Both the position numbers and the translations under genes were made by a program. From Heteronotia binoei (Eukaryota): a stretch of DNA of 64,000 nt. Location of the stretch: assembly GCF_032191835.1 (NCBI RefSeq), contig NC_083233.1:53506001-53570000 (forward strand), written 5' to 3'. The notes below the pieces were generated by a model that did no database searches, was not told where the DNA came from, and worked only from the letters and a program-made list of their open reading frames with translations. Positions 45,985-58,600 of this stretch are shown piece by piece (within the stretch, counting starts at the first letter, position 1; every line of letters begins with the position of its first letter).

Positions 45985-46168
45985 CAGGGCTTTTTTTGAG
46001 CAGGAACACACAGGAACGCAGTTCCAGCTGGCTTGGTGTCAGGGGGTGAATAATATGCAAATAGATTTTTTCTATAAAAACCTCTGTGTGAAACGATCGT
46101 GACATCAGGGGGTGAGGCCAAATACGCAAATGAGTTTCTGCTGGGCTTTTTCAACCAAAAAAGCCCTG
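45985..46168. mobile_element. hAT MITE (CAGGGCTTTTT TIR family); other copies 12138-12255 and 48893-49327
   Basis: CAGGGCTTTTT..AAAAAGCCCTG ends. 8-bp TSD TAGATAAT is perfect here and 7/8 in the two other copies. Confidence 0.82.
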
Positions 46169-46903
46169 TAGATAATGTAGTGAGAGCAAGATAATTTATA
46201 AGTTTATTTATTTTTTTATTTATTCGAGATTTATATCCCGCCCTTCCCACGAATGGCTCAAGTTCAACAGTAGTATAGCTCAGATCTCTGTTTCCTCTAC
46301 TAAATCAGCATCTTGAACCACTTTATCAATTTAGTCTTATTGCCTTTATAAAAATGCCCCATTTTATCCTCCTGATGTATGTATTTATTTTATAAATTAG
46401 ATTTAAAAATTGCTCTGTCCCTAAGTACTCAGGGCAATGCACAACAATAAAAACATAATATAAAAACAGTTCCAACTGTTGAATAAACCAATTAAAGTAA
46501 TTCACAGATAACATTAATATGCTATTCAGTTAATACATTGGGTTCCAACTGTGTCTTCACCTTATAGAAGTGGACATTCAACAGGGGAAAAATTTCCAGG
46601 CAGTTTGAGCCTCGGCATATAAAATTCTGAGAAATTTGGCACTGACTTTGGAACAAACCAAAAAGGGTTGTATGCTGTCCGAGAAAGGTAAGTGTCCTAC
46701 AGATGCCATAAGAGTCTAGGCCAAAAAAAGGCACCTGAGGAATCTATAGCAGGGCTGGTTAAAAGGCTGATCACAGCACATTAGCAGAGGTTAATATCCA
46801 GGGGACCATCTAGCATATGACAACTTGGATTCTTGCAAAGAATGCTGGAGAAGAATCTTAAATCTCACCCAGCAAGAGATTGCCTATATTCTGAAGCAAG
46901 AAT

Positions 46904-47408
46904 TAGGGTTGCCAAGTCCAATTCAAGAAATACCTGGGACCTTGGGGGTGGAGCCAGGAGACATTAGGGGTGGAGCCAAGATCAAGGCTGTGACAAGCAT
47001 CATTGAACTCCCAAGGGAGTTCTTGCCATCACATTTAAAGGGACGGCACACCTTTTCAATTCCTTCCTTCCATAGGAAATAATGAAGGATAGGGGCACCT
47101 TCTTTTGGGGCTCATAGAATTGGACCCCCTGGTCCAATCCTTTTGAAATTTGGGGGGTATTTTGGGGAGAGGCACTAGATGCTATACTGAAAATTTGGTG
47201 CCTCTGCCCCCAAAAATAGCCCCCCCAGAGCCCCAGATACACGCAGATCAATTCTCCATGATTTTCTATGGGAATAAATCTCCATAGGGAATAATAGAGT
47301 TCCCAGCAGACATTTCCCTCCCCCCCCCGCTTTCTGACGACTCTGAAACGGGGGGAGGGCCTCCAAACCGGGGGATCCCCTGCCCCCACCTGGGGATTGG
47401 CAACCCTA
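46904..47408. mobile_element. hAT MITE (TAGGGTTGCCA TIR)
   Basis: TAGGGTTGCCA..TGGCAACCCTA; TSD GCAAGAAT/GCAAGTAT. Confidence 0.82.
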
Positions 47409-49020
47409 GCAAGTATACATGCACAGGCCTGCTTAATGCAGATTAGTTCTAGATCTCATTTTTTTCATTTAAAACACATTGGTGAACTGTGTGGGTTTTT
47501 CTTTTGTTTTAAAGAATAGAAACAGACCACACAAGAATAAAGTTAGCCCAGTCCTAGGGGACCCAGAGAGCAAAACACTTGACCATTTGCCACTTCTCTA
47601 TACAACAGAAGTTCTTGTATCTTCCTTTGTCCTGCTCTGTATCTTCATGCTTAAAACCAAGCTGCTTTGCAAGGCAAGGCAACTGGTTATTAATGTTGTT
47701 AAATAATGTTTTATATTGTTTTATATTGTTAAATTTAAAGGTTTTATTATTACTGTATGTTATTAAGAAATGCTGTTAGCCGTCCTGAGCCTGCCGAGGC
47801 GGGGAGGGCGGGATACAAATAAAATTTATTATTATTATTAAGGCAATCCTTAATAATACACAATCCTGTGTATGCTTAAACAATTCATACGTTCGCAGAA
47901 CTTTCTTACAAGGAAGCTTGGATTTGCAGGCCTTAAAAACTGACATCAAACCAGCTTAACTGAGTAAGGATTATATTCAGAGAAAAGGCAAAGCAGCTGC
48001 CTTGACGCAGCCCTACCTTAGCGCGGTGGTAGTCTCTTTCTGTCCCCGGAGGCTTATCCCCTTCCCCTTGGATTATAAATTGGGGAAGGGGTTTAAAAGC
48101 AACTTTGAGAAAGAGATCTTTCCCCCAGTTGCTGGGCAAAGACAGGACACTCCTCTTTCTTGTTTACTTGAGGTCATGTGATACTTCCTCCAGCTGCTGA
48201 AATCAGCTGTTTGAAGGGCGTTTGTTTCAAGAGATAGAGGCTGGGCTGAAGTTTTAGGAGGATGAAGGCAAGCCACTGCAACGGGTCATGACCATCTTAA
48301 ATAACCTACTAGCTCCCTTCCCTTGGGAAGTTAGCAGGAAAAAAAATGTGTTTTTCACAGGCTTGTACAAGGGGTACTAAGAGCACAACTGGTTTGGTAG
48401 ATATTCATCCTTACATACCACGCACTTCCACTTTCTTTTTAGAAAGCGATACTCCTAATTCCTCACAAAAGTAAGTCTCCAAGTCCACTTTCACAATTGC
48501 ACACAATTACTTTACATTGGGTCATACATGACACTCTGCAGAATAAGCAAATGCTGACTACAGTTAACAATCAACTGCTATTAACTTTATATAAAGCTTG
48601 TCAGTTTGTTTATGCTGCTGTCATACAGCTTGTTATTATACAACCATTTTCTCTGTTTGCACATTATAAATAGCAACAATTTTGGCTCCACATGGAGTGC
48701 TGATAGCTACTACTGTTATGGTACACCAAGGAATAAAGTGCTGCTGAATATCACAATAACAGCATCTAGTTCATATGAATTTAAGAAAATAGTGGCCTAG
48801 GCAATAGTAAATCTGGATATATACTCAACAGGGTGCTATAGCCAACTTTGGCTCCATAATCCAAGAACCTGGCTGATACACATATTTGCAAGCAGGGCTT
48901 TTATTTTTCCTAGGGGAACGCAGTGGGGTGGAGTTCCGGAATCTCTTTGGGGAAACAAATTCTCAAAAAAGTTCATGAGGGGCCCCTGTGTGTTTCTCCT
49001 TCATTTCCTTCAAACTGGAG

Positions 49021-49293
49021 AGCCACTTTGGTGTAGTGGTTAAGTGCGTGGACTCTTATCTGGGAGAACCGGGTTTGATTCTCCACTCCTCTACTTGCAC
49101 CTGCTAGCATGGCCTTGGGTCAGCCATAGCTCTGGCAGAGGTTGTCCTTGAAAGGGCAGCTGCTGGGAGAGCCCTCTCCAGCCCCACCCACCCCACAGGG
49201 TGTCTGTTGTGGGGGAGGAAGGTAAAGGAGATTGTGAGCCGCTCTGAGACTCTTCGGAGTGGAGGGCGGGATATAAATCCAATATCTTCTTCT
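49021..49293 (+). mobile_element. Sauria-type SINE nested in a hAT MITE
   Basis: Highly similar to the 27778-28056 copy. Confidence 0.85.
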
Positions 49294-50220
49294 TATCCAG
49301 CACCTTTTTATCCAGAAAAAAGCCCTGTTTGCGAGCATGTGTTTGTTTCATTCATACATGAAGATGTTAAGCCTATACCTACACTACCACCTGTATAGCT
49401 TAGTGCTGAAGATCTCCAGTTAAGTCTCCAGCTGAAGAATCTCAGGGCTTGGCAGCAGTTCTCATACAGTCAGAGGAGACAATTCAGGAACATGGCTAGA
49501 ATGAAAATGGTTCAACAATATAAAAGCATCATGTGTGCGTGTCATCTTTTATAATTTGAGTTAAGCTTGGTGCATTAACTTCCTTTTAAAAGTTTGTTGT
49601 TGTTATATATATATGTTATATATATATATAAGTTGGAAAAAAAAATCAGAGAAGGAAAAAAGGATTTTAACTGTTAATAATATATTTCCCTCCCATAAAA
49701 CCATCCTCTTCTCTAGCCCTAAACAGAGGGAAAGGAAAGAAAGAAAAACCACATCCAGACATATAAATTTTATATCAAGTTTACAGCTTTAAAAATTCAG
49801 CACAAATACCATTATATTTAACGTCTGCATTCTATTATTAAATCCTTTTTTCCTTCTCTGATTTTTTTTGTCCAACTTACTATAAGAGGTAGAATTACAA
49901 CTTTCCAGTATTGAAAAATAGGATTTTGACATAGTGTTGGCAATCTCCAGGGGCGGCCTTGAGATCTTCTGCTTTTATAACTGCTCTCCAGCGGGGAAAG
50001 ATCAGCTCTCCTAGAGAAAATGGCTCCTTGGACAGATGGATTCTATGGCTTTATACCATGCTGAGGCCCCTCCCCGCCCCACCCCTCCCTCCATCTTTCT
50101 CTTATCTATAGCTGCCAGATAGGAGTCCCTGTGAAATTCACAAATAGGGCCCATGACCTCCAAGCAACAGAGACACTTCACTCGACTCTCCCAAAAGCCA
50201 GAGAGATTAAAGCTCTATAG

Positions 50221-50851
50221 CAGGGGCATCAAACATGCAGCCCAAGTGTCAAATCAGGCCCTTGGAGGGCTCCTATCAAGCCCATGAGTAACTCATTGTC
50301 ATCTGCTTCCTTCTCTCTCTCTTGCTTCCTTCTGCATCACAGCTTGCTTCACCAAGCTTGCTCAATTGCACATGAGCTTCAGAGCAAAGCCTCTATTTTC
50401 TTCATTGGCTGAACAGCACATGAAGCAACTTGTGTACAAAAGCTCACAATGCCCAGCCATTTCATGTTTTCCTCTAGGTCTTAGGCTCAAAGCATTGACT
50501 GTGAGATTTCTGTAATGAATGTCAATAAATCAAAAGTAGGTTTGCAATTTACAGACACACCTGAACAACATACTCAAGATTGCTACAGCACAGACATTGT
50601 CTCCAAATTTTGATGCAATAATTCAGGGCAAGAGGTGTCAGTTATCACAGACTGTTAAATAAACAAAATATTGCAAGAGTATAATCTTTTAAACATGCTT
50701 TATTTTATTTTATTTTTTTAAAAAAATCTGTTTGTTCATATAGTTTATATCTGCTACCTGGCATTACATTTTATGATGCATATGGCCTGGCCCAATAAGG
50801 TCTCATTTATGTCAGATCCAGCCCTCATAACAAATGAGCTCAACACCCCTG
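50221..50851. mobile_element. hAT MITE (CAGGGG TIR); related copy ~56689-57281
   Basis: CAGGGG..CCCCTG ends; TSD CTCTATAG/CTCTGTAG; internal sequence shared with the 56.7-57.3 kb copy. Confidence 0.78.
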
Positions 50852-51451
50852 CTCTGTAGCCAATGCACAGTTTAACCCAGTGTAAGCCAGGTCCCCACTG
50901 GCAGAAGATAAGGGTCTATGGTTGCCATCCAGATTGGAGAACTCCGGGAAATTTGGAGATAAAGCCTGGGGAGGACAGGGACCTCAATGGAGTACAATGC
51001 CACAGAGTTCAGCCTCCAAAGCATCCAGGTTTTTTCCCAGGGAAACTGATCTCTGTAGTCTGTAGATGAGCTGTAATTCCAGGGGGATCCCCAGGTCCCA
51101 CCTGAAGACTGGAATGATGATGATGGTGATTATGATGATATGCCGGATTTATTAGGTCACCCTTCCCTGCAAGCAGGGCACAGGGCAGCTTACAACAAAA
51201 ATGAGGTATAATAAATAGTTTAAATTAAAACTAACATTAAAACCCTAAAAAATCTACAAATAGAACAAATACCTCCAGATGGCTTCTATAGACCTAAGGG
51301 GTGGAGGGTGTGTGTGTGTGAGAGTGCCAGATTTTGTGCTGTCCCATTGCTGCCCTCAACCAAATGCCTGGTGGAACATTTCTGCCTCGCCTGCCCTTTG
51401 GAAAGGTAATAACTTCTGTAGTAAGAGTCTATCAAATAGCATTATACAGAG

Positions 51452-51631
51452 ACTTTCACCACTTCAAAAACAAAACAAAGTATAACCCACTTAGGATACA
51501 CTATAGGTGCATTCAAACTACACTAAATAATGCATTTTGCAACTTTCACCACTTCAAAAACAAAACAAAGTATAACCCACTTAGGATACACTATAGGTGC
51601 ATTCAAACTACACTAAATAATGCATTTTGCA
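51452..51631. repeat. Perfect 90-bp tandem duplication (2 copies)
   Basis: 51452-51541 equals 51542-51631; it overlaps the left half of a hairpin MITE (~51595-51703) whose relative lies at ~31984-32095. Confidence 0.9.
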
Positions 51632-51999
51632 GCTGGATTTTTGCAATTCTTATAGTAAAAATCCAGTTGCAAAACACTTTATTTAATATAGTGTGAACGC
51701 ACCCTAAAGTGTCACTAAAACATCCAGGCTGCACCTATGAAACCTGGATGCAGATTCCTGATTAGCTCTCATCTCATCAAGGTTGCCTTGTTGGCAAATA
51801 TAGCTGTGAATCGTTTAATCACTCAGAAGTCACTCACACAACTCAAAAGATTTACTCCATAACTTGTAAGTGTGCAAGTATTGCAACGTCAATTCCTGAA
51901 TCTGTCAACGGGAGAAAGGTTTAAATATTTTTTTCAAAGATATAAAAATTTTTTCCAAAGACCCTGCAAATTGAATAATAACTGGGAAAACTCTGAAAC

Positions 52000-52581
52000 A
52001 GCACGACACTTCTACGTTTACAAACAACCAATGAAAGAGGTGGAGGACGCCTTCAACAACATCGCCCAGTCGGGCCTTCTCTAATCCCAGCATGCCTCTG
52101 GGTGTCACCAATGTCCCTTCTCCTTCTCAGTATACTTCGCAAACCCATCCTTGACTCTATCGCTAACCATACACATCTGGAAGGCTTTCTAGCTTCGCAT
52201 CTCTATGATAGGCAGCCGAACTCCCAGCATGCTTTGCATTTTTCCCTGAAGTGTCTTAAGGCCCGCACTTAGGCTCTTTTGTAGTCGTTCGCAGTGATGC
52301 CTTTTCAAAAAGGCGCTAATTCTCTGAGAGCTTCTCTGGATTTTTTCCCTAAAGAGGCTCATTACAGAGTGATAAAAATGCAGAGATTATTTTTTTTCCT
52401 TTTCCGTCGCCTGTATCGGTACCACGGAACGGAACCCGATAAATGTGAGGCATCTGATCAGGCAGCATGTGGAACGCCACAGTAGGGTCCTGAAAACATG
52501 CTCAGCTTTCGGAGCTTCCTGAAGCCACCACGTGAGCGTTAGGAGAGCTCGAGAAGGGAAGAATATCTTGTTTCAGTAATA
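52000..52581 (+). promoter_or_regulatory. PES1 promoter / 5' region with two ZNF143(Staf)-like sites and CCAAT boxes
   Basis: Local CpG enrichment; TCCCAGCATGCCTCTGGG (52085) and TCCCAGCATGCTTTGCA (52222); CCAAT at ~52028 and ~52108. Confidence 0.55.
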
Positions 52582-52605
52582 ATGGGTGGCTTGGAAAAAA
52601 AGAAG
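52582..52605 (+). CDS. PES1: PES1 coding exon 1 (MGGLEKKK)
   Basis: ATG GGT GGC TTG GAA AAA AAG AAG|GTAAAA. Confidence 0.92.
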
Positions 52606-55600
52606 GTAAAATGAAGTAGTTTGTGTTTAATCAGGCTGTTTAATAATGTAGTATGTTCTTTAGCGCGCTAAGGCAATATAATTCTTACAACAGCCATGCC
52701 AGGTAGGATGCTGTCGTACCCATGAATGACTGAGAAGAGATTGGTTTGTCTTAAAAAATCCATTGTAGAGAAAAGGTTTGGACTTTCCAGTGTAAACAGT
52801 GTCGGTGAATATCCTATTCAGTATTTCTATAGAATTTTTAATGTGAAGGAGCATTCCACAGTGTGAGCATCCAGCTGCTGTTTGAAGCAGTGAATTTCAT
52901 TATACCATCTCAGCTCTTTGAGCTTTCCTACTCTAACTCTTTGAAATATTTAATGCGTATTTTCTCATGTATAAATCATTGTAACTGGGAAGCGGCAGAG
53001 CATGGAAGTGGGAGCATGGGAGCCAGCCTCCTTGCAATAGTGAGGCTACAGATCAGTACCAATCAACTTTGGCTTCAGTTTGAGGAATCATCAGCTCCTA
53101 ATGTTTGTCTCCTTCTTGTTCTGTCATCTCTGCCCTCCTCCCCCACCCCACACTGAAGTATGAGCGAGGCTCTGCAACCAACTACATCACCAGAAACAAA
53201 GCTCGGAAGAAATTGCAGCTGAGCCTGGCAGATTTCAGGTATGGAAAAAATATGTTGGTCTTATTTATCAGGCAGATGCCCAAGACTAAGTACTGACTCT
53301 TGTGTATTTCACTGACACAGGGGAGGTGTGCAGTGTGAATTTGTGTGCAGATAGAGAGTTTGCATCTCTGGTGCCTGATTGCTGTCAGCAAAGGCTAAGC
53401 TATCTAATGTTGGTTGAGGATAGTGAGTTTTACACTTTACGTTTTCCCCTACAATTGAGACCATTCACTGATATGAAAGAAAGTGAGGGCACACTCAGAT
53501 GGAGATGAATCTTGTTTCCTTCTCCCTCAGTGAGCCCAGTAATTGAAAACCAAGCCTGGTGGATCTGTGTAGCCCTTATTTCCTGTTTAGTTGTAGAGTA
53601 TCACAGTGTTGTAGAGTATTACAATATGTGTGTAAAGTGTTGTCAAGTCATAACTAACTTACGGTGACCTTATGGGTTTTCGAGGCAAGAGACTTAACAG
53701 CAGTAGTTTGCTGTTGGCTTTCTTTGCATAGCAACCCTGGAATTCCTTAGTGGTCCCCCATTCAAATACTAACCAAGGCCAACCCTGCTTAGCTTCTGAG
53801 ATCTGACAAGATTGGGCTAGCCTGGGCCATCCATGTCAGGGCAGCCTCAATAGAAACATTAATTCATATACCACATATTGTACCATTCTTACTCATTTTA
53901 GCCAGTGACCTTGTGAAGTTTGTTGCTGTTCCCATTTGCTGCCAGAGTAGTGAGGTTGAGGGTAAGAAATGTGTCAAAAAATCAACAGTGGGTTATTAGC
54001 TGAGATCGGAACTCTTTGGCTGATTCCTTTGTGCTGTGGCAGCTTAACGTTGTTTCGGAATGGCTGCAGAGATTGGCTGCCTTCGAGTCCCAGAGAAGAG
54101 GTAGTGGGGGACATTTCTTTATTTAAAAGGTGTATGTGTCACTCTGGAGATCTGTTGTAGGCGGCTAATAAAATGTTCAAACTATAGGGAGTAATGGAGA
54201 TTATTTCACACCTTAAGAATATGCTGGGCAATACAGTTATCCTGCCAAGTGATTTTATAAAATCTTTTTAAATGGAGGCTTGTAAGAAGTAAAGTACGGT
54301 ATACATTTGGGAATGTGTCATCAGGTATCCTGATATATAAATTAATTTTAAAATACGGATCAGGACCATGGTGGACAGGTCAAACTACCCCAGTGTAGTT
54401 TCTTTAAGAGATCAAACCCACCCACCTCATGCTACCAATAGGGGAAAAGATAGGAATCCATATTGTGCCTGTCTTTCTCTTACCTGGCTTTAGTAGAAGA
54501 CTGCAGATTTATACCCCAACCTTCTTTCTGAGTCTCAGCGGCTTACAGTCTTCTATATCTTCTCCCCCCTCAACAGACACCCTGTGAGGTGGGTGGGGCT
54601 GAGAGGGCTCTCACAGCAGCTGCCCTTTCAAGGACAACTCCTGCGATAGCTATGGCTAACTCAGGGCCATTCCAGCAGGTGCAAGTGGAGGAGTGGGGAA
54701 TCAAGCCTGGTTCTTCCAGATAAGAGTCCGCACACTTAAAACACTACACCAAACTAACTGTGTGGATATGTGTGATTTATTTTGGGGAAAACAACAGAGG
54801 GTGAAAGATTTAGCTGTCTCCTTTGTGTGTGTGAGTGCTAAGATCCAAAGAAGAGCTTGGGAGCCAGGTGCACTTTCCAAGGCTCCCAAGCTCCTTTGCC
54901 AGCAAGAGGCAAGAAAAGTATGGGGGCTTCTGGTTAATGCAACTTCCCTCTGCTTCCTTCTCTAGCTAGGTGGCTTTAGAAGGGAGTGTGAGTAAAACTG
55001 CATGCAGCAAGGTTTTCACTTCATGTTGTCTTTCCAGTCATTGAGTGGATATGTTAGCTCTTCCTGCGTGTGTTGTATCTCTCCTACAAATGACCCCCAC
55101 CCCCCCAGCTATCTTTAATCCTTATTATTCCTCATCAGCCTGAGGCCTGTGTGCATTTGCAGGGTAGAATTACCCTCCTTCAGGGCCCAAATTTATAGAT
55201 CCTTACTCACACCATAGTGGATTGCAGATGGGCAGCTTAGTGTAAGAGTTCTCTGCGTTGACTTACTGAAAAGACCACAGTTGTTGTGGGGGCATAGAAG
55301 GTAGAGTAAGTTTATATGGCAATAAAGGCTTGTGTTTGTTTAAGTTTAGAAAGGGCCCCCTGAATTTGAGAAACATGGGTAGAAATCATAAAGGTAAAGG
55401 TAGTCCCCTGTGCAAGCACCAGTCGTTTTTGACTCTGGGGTGATGTTGCTTTCACAATGTTTTCACGGCAGACTTTTTACAGGGTGGTTTTCCGTTGCCT
55501 TCATAATAGAGCCTATTTCAGTGCTTCAGAATTGAATGTAGTAGATGGATTTAGGGGTGTTACCAGCTGTATAGCATGTTTTGGCAGCTGCTGGCTTAGA

Positions 55601-58600
55601 AATTAATAATTCTCTGCATCCTCCTGTTTAAACTTCAAGCTGCTTGGGATTTTGGTGCAAGGGCAAACTGACAAGTTCTTGTCTAACATCTTTGTCTCTT
55701 GTAGACGACTGTGCATCCTTAAAGGGATTTACCCTCATGAGCCCAAACACAAGAAGAAAGTGAACAAAGGTTCCACGGCTGCCCGGACTTTCTATCTCCT
55801 CAAAGACATTAAATTCCTCTTTCATGAACCAGTTGTTAACAAGTTCCGGGAATATAAGGTATTATGATCCAGCAGCTGATCAAGAGTAGTAGATTACTGT
55901 TTCACTGCATAGAGTCACTTTAGGGTGACAGGCAAGGGGGGATTCCCAAGTCTTCTGAGTACTGCCATTTTTTGTAAGTTAGACAGCATTCTAGCCAGTT
56001 TGGTGTAGTAGTTAAGTGTGCGGACTCTTATTTGGGAGAACCAGGTTTGATTCCCCACTCCTCCACTTGCAGCTGCTGGAATAGCCTTGAGTTAGCCATG
56101 GCTATTGCAGGAGTTGTCCTTGAAAAAGCAGCTGCTGTGAGAGCCCCCTCAGCCCCTCAGGGTGTCTGTTGTAGGGGGAGAAGATATAGAAGATTGTAAG
56201 CCTCTCTGATTCAGAGAGAAGGGTAGGGTATAAATCTGCAGTAATCTTCCCTGTATCTTAGTGACAGTTGTTTAAGTGCAAGATCCTGTTTGTGCCTTAT
56301 AAGGCATTAATGAGTCTGGTTATATTTCAATATAAGATCTGTTGAATCTTGCTTGTGTTATTAAGCATTTCCAGTGCCTTTACCTGGTGTGCCATCTATA
56401 GTGGATCAGATGTTTCATTCTTGAGTGGAACTTGTGGAATGTTAGTGGGTAGCTGGCTGTGATATGAACTGTGTGGTAAACAACTGTAAAACATGGTCAC
56501 TCTGAAACTTTTGTCTCCCTCTAGGTGTTTGTCCGCAAGTTGCGCAAGGCATATGGCAAGAGCGAGTGGAACACTGTGGAACGCCTGAAAGACAATAAAC
56601 CGAACTATAGGCTGGACCACATTGTCAAGGAGAGGTGAGGGATAGGAAGCACCAGAAGAACTTTGTGAAATAGACATTTAGAATCTAGGGCTTGGGTGTC
56701 AAACATGTGGCCTAGGGGCCAAAACTCCCAGAAGGTTCGTATCAGGCCCCTGAGCAACTGTCTGCTGTCTGCTTCCTTCTCTGTCTCTTTTGCTTCCTTC
56801 TGCATCACAGCTTGCCTTGCCGGGCTTGTTCAATAGCACAGGAGCTGCAGAGCAAAACCTCTATTTTCTTCAATGGCTGAGGCTTCTCCCTTGGGGAGGA
56901 AGGGGGGGAATAGCTTGCTTTGCCAAGCTCTCCCAGTTGTACAGCAGAGCCTCTCTTCCTTCTATTGGCTGAGGCTTCCCCCCCACACACACCGCCGGTC
57001 CCCTGGGGAAGGAAGGAAAGAGCCAGAGCTTCCTTTGCCCGGTTTCCTGGATTGCATGGGAGAGATACAAAGAAAGCACCTTTAAGACAAACGAATGCTA
57101 ATGTTTTAAGCATGTTTCATTTTAAATTCTTAAAAAATCTTTAATTGTGTTTGTATGTGTCCTTTATGAAGTTTATATCTCCGTTACCTGGCATTACATT
57201 TTATGATGCTCATGGCCTGGCCCGACAAGGTCACATTTATGTTGGATCCAGCCCTCATAACAAATGAGTTCAACACCCCTGATTTAGGGCGGAAGGATGA
57301 CAAAAGACTGGGGAACTTGAACTTTATAATTTATTGTGTTGATTTATTTTTAAAAAATATTTATACTCACCTTTCTTCTTGGCCCGAGTCCACAGCACAT
57401 AGCTAGATATGTCAAATTTTTGGAAATTTTGAATTCGTTGGGAGGGGATACAGTTCCCCTCTCTTTTTTGGAAAAGAAAACACATTTTTGGAAGAGTTAA
57501 AATACATATGATATTGATTGTCAAGCCTAAACTTATTTTACTGTTTTAATGACATAAAATATCTGCTTCATTGTTAGCACATAGAAGTGTATGGTTTCTC
57601 ATGTTTATGACATTTTTAAATGCCTTAGAATTCTACAAGCAATATTATGAATGTATCCAATATGAGAGAAGGTGGGAGAGTACAATCTTGCTGGAAAGAC
57701 TGAAGATCACTTCACTATGCCAGTCCTTTCCCCAGATGCTCTCTCAGTTTCCTACCAGTTCCCACAGTATTTTCAGGGAACAGGAGAATCTGGTTAGGAA
57801 AACCTGAAGACAGCAGAAAGAAGCCATGTGTCTTGTTGCTCAGAGACCCATTTATGGGCATTCAGGTTCTATAAGAGTAGCTCACAACACTTGCAGGTGG
57901 GGCTAGTTGAGAAGTCTTCTAACTTAATTTCTTTGGTCTTCTGAGTACTGTGGCTTTAGCCTGAGAGCAATTGTAAAAATTTTGGGTGCTTAAAAAAGGT
58001 TGTGTAAATCTGTCTTTTTCATCTTCTGTGGTGGCTACAGATACCCCACTTTCATTGATGCTGTGCGAGACCTGGACGATTCCCTCTCCATGTGCTTCCT
58101 CTTTGCAACTTTTCCTCGTACGGGCAAGTGTCACGTTCAGACGATCCAGCTTTGCCGCCGACTCACCGTGGAGTTCCTCAACTACGTCATTGCTGCACGT
58201 GCTCTGCGCAAGGTCAGCAAGGAAAGGCTGAGAATGCTCTTGGTCCTGGAGAGGGTTGCTCTGTTGTGTCCACAGTCCATGCAGCACATTGGCACTAAAT
58301 GGGGGTGTGATAGTACTAATAATATCTCTTAGCTAAATGCTTCATGAATAGTGTTTTGAGTCTCTGTGTATGTGTAAAGTTCTATCAAGTGGAGGCAACT
58401 TATGGTGACCTCATAGGGTTTTCAAGGCACGAGACTAATAGATGTGATTTGCCATTGCCTGCCTGGTTTTCCTTGGCTAACTTTAACATATTTGTTGTGG
58501 CTGAAAATTGTTGGAAGCTGGATTTGCATATTTGTGTATATACATGCAAAAGCTTACTCAGGGGATGGCGGAGTTTACAATTCACTTTGTTAGCAGTAAG

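Noticed and set aside
52532-52576. Apparent GT..AG intron just upstream of the PES1 ATG
   Set aside because: Only 45 nt, below typical vertebrate intron size; more likely 5' UTR, or spliced from a further upstream donor that I cannot identify.
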